From Tubiluchus corallicola (lineage: Eukaryota > Animalia > Priapulida), in the NCBI GenBank assembly GCA_030141605.1, contig JAQGDQ010000162.1, forward strand, positions 248,001-312,000: a stretch of 64,000 nt of DNA, written 5' to 3'. The notes under the pieces were generated by a model. The model searched no databases. It had not been told where the DNA came from and saw only the letters and a list, made by a program, of their open reading frames with translations. Below are positions 63,251 to 64,000 of the stretch, piece after piece; the stretch's first letter is position 1; each line of letters begins with the position of its first letter. A program made the position numbers and the translations under genes.

Positions 63251-64000
63251 ACTGATTGTCATGGTTTCTTGGTTACGGTTGTCATTTATCAAACCCTGGC
63301 TGATCAGTTGTAACTGCTCCTTACTGCTTAGGCTTAAAAATTAAAGTGTAATAAAATCTATAAACATTTATTATTAAGGAAATTCGAAAGAAAGTAAGAC
63401 CAATTATTTTTTTTGTTGACGGCAATGCAGACCGTAATATCACGCCTCTCATAGGTCTTTTTCCAGAACAGTGGTGCAGACCTGTATATAGTGTGGTTGT
63501 AGATCTATTATTTGATCTTGAATTATTACTAACATGCTTTTATTTTTCGGGAAAGTTATGGATCTTATGGATATAACAAAAACCATGCACGCAGGTCACA
63601 TCGTTACAGCCGTTCATACATTACTTAGTCTACCTAGCCAACATTTCCAGCAGTATGTGATAAATTTTTTAACTTGTTAAATTACATTGTTTCTAATCTG
63701 ATTCACTGGGTAGGAAAAAGGTTCTAATTGAAAAATATTTTAAGCCTCTGTTTGTATTTTAAAGACGGCACAAGAAAAATTAAAATTATTATATTATGCC
63801 CTACGGAATGGCAGTATATAAAATAATTATATATCTAGGTGTAACAAAAATTTTAACCCATTAAAGCATTGCTATATACATAAAAGCACAATATTACTTA
63901 GTCCTATATCACCAGTGTCTCCTCTTACAACAAAAGTTAATACCATTAAAAGGACTAACCCAGTTTAGATGTAATCTGTATATCTCTATAGACTAATGCA

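Overview
AT-rich animal (invertebrate-like) nuclear genomic DNA with GT-AG introns; nothing prokaryotic, and no CRISPR array, rRNA or tRNA was recognised. Gene order: last coding exon of a DHHC palmitoyltransferase (+); a 9-exon MAP2K7/MKK7 (-); a short shared promoter region; three closely spaced, co-oriented genes with intron-free coding sequences, ENGase, DUS1L and TANGO2 (+); an intron-free MOSMO (-); and a large NBR1 autophagy receptor with about 20 exons (-). Introns and spacers hold many non-autonomous DNA elements (hAT-type with 8-bp TSDs, pogo/Tigger-type with TA TSD, TTAGGG-containing MITEs), a 26-bp minisatellite with 312-bp higher-order periodicity, a 76-bp tandem array and a (GA)n tract. 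The most striking pattern is the intron-free block between two intron-rich genes. Each ORF has a 3' splice acceptor just before its ATG, AATAAA signals abut acceptor-like AGs in the spacers, and 9-11 nt acceptor/donor micro-exons are present. This fits an operon-like unit resolved by trans-splicing or by alternative cis-splicing from shared leader exons, which is inference and needs RNA data. Exon boundaries were derived by hand from splice consensus and reading-frame continuity.
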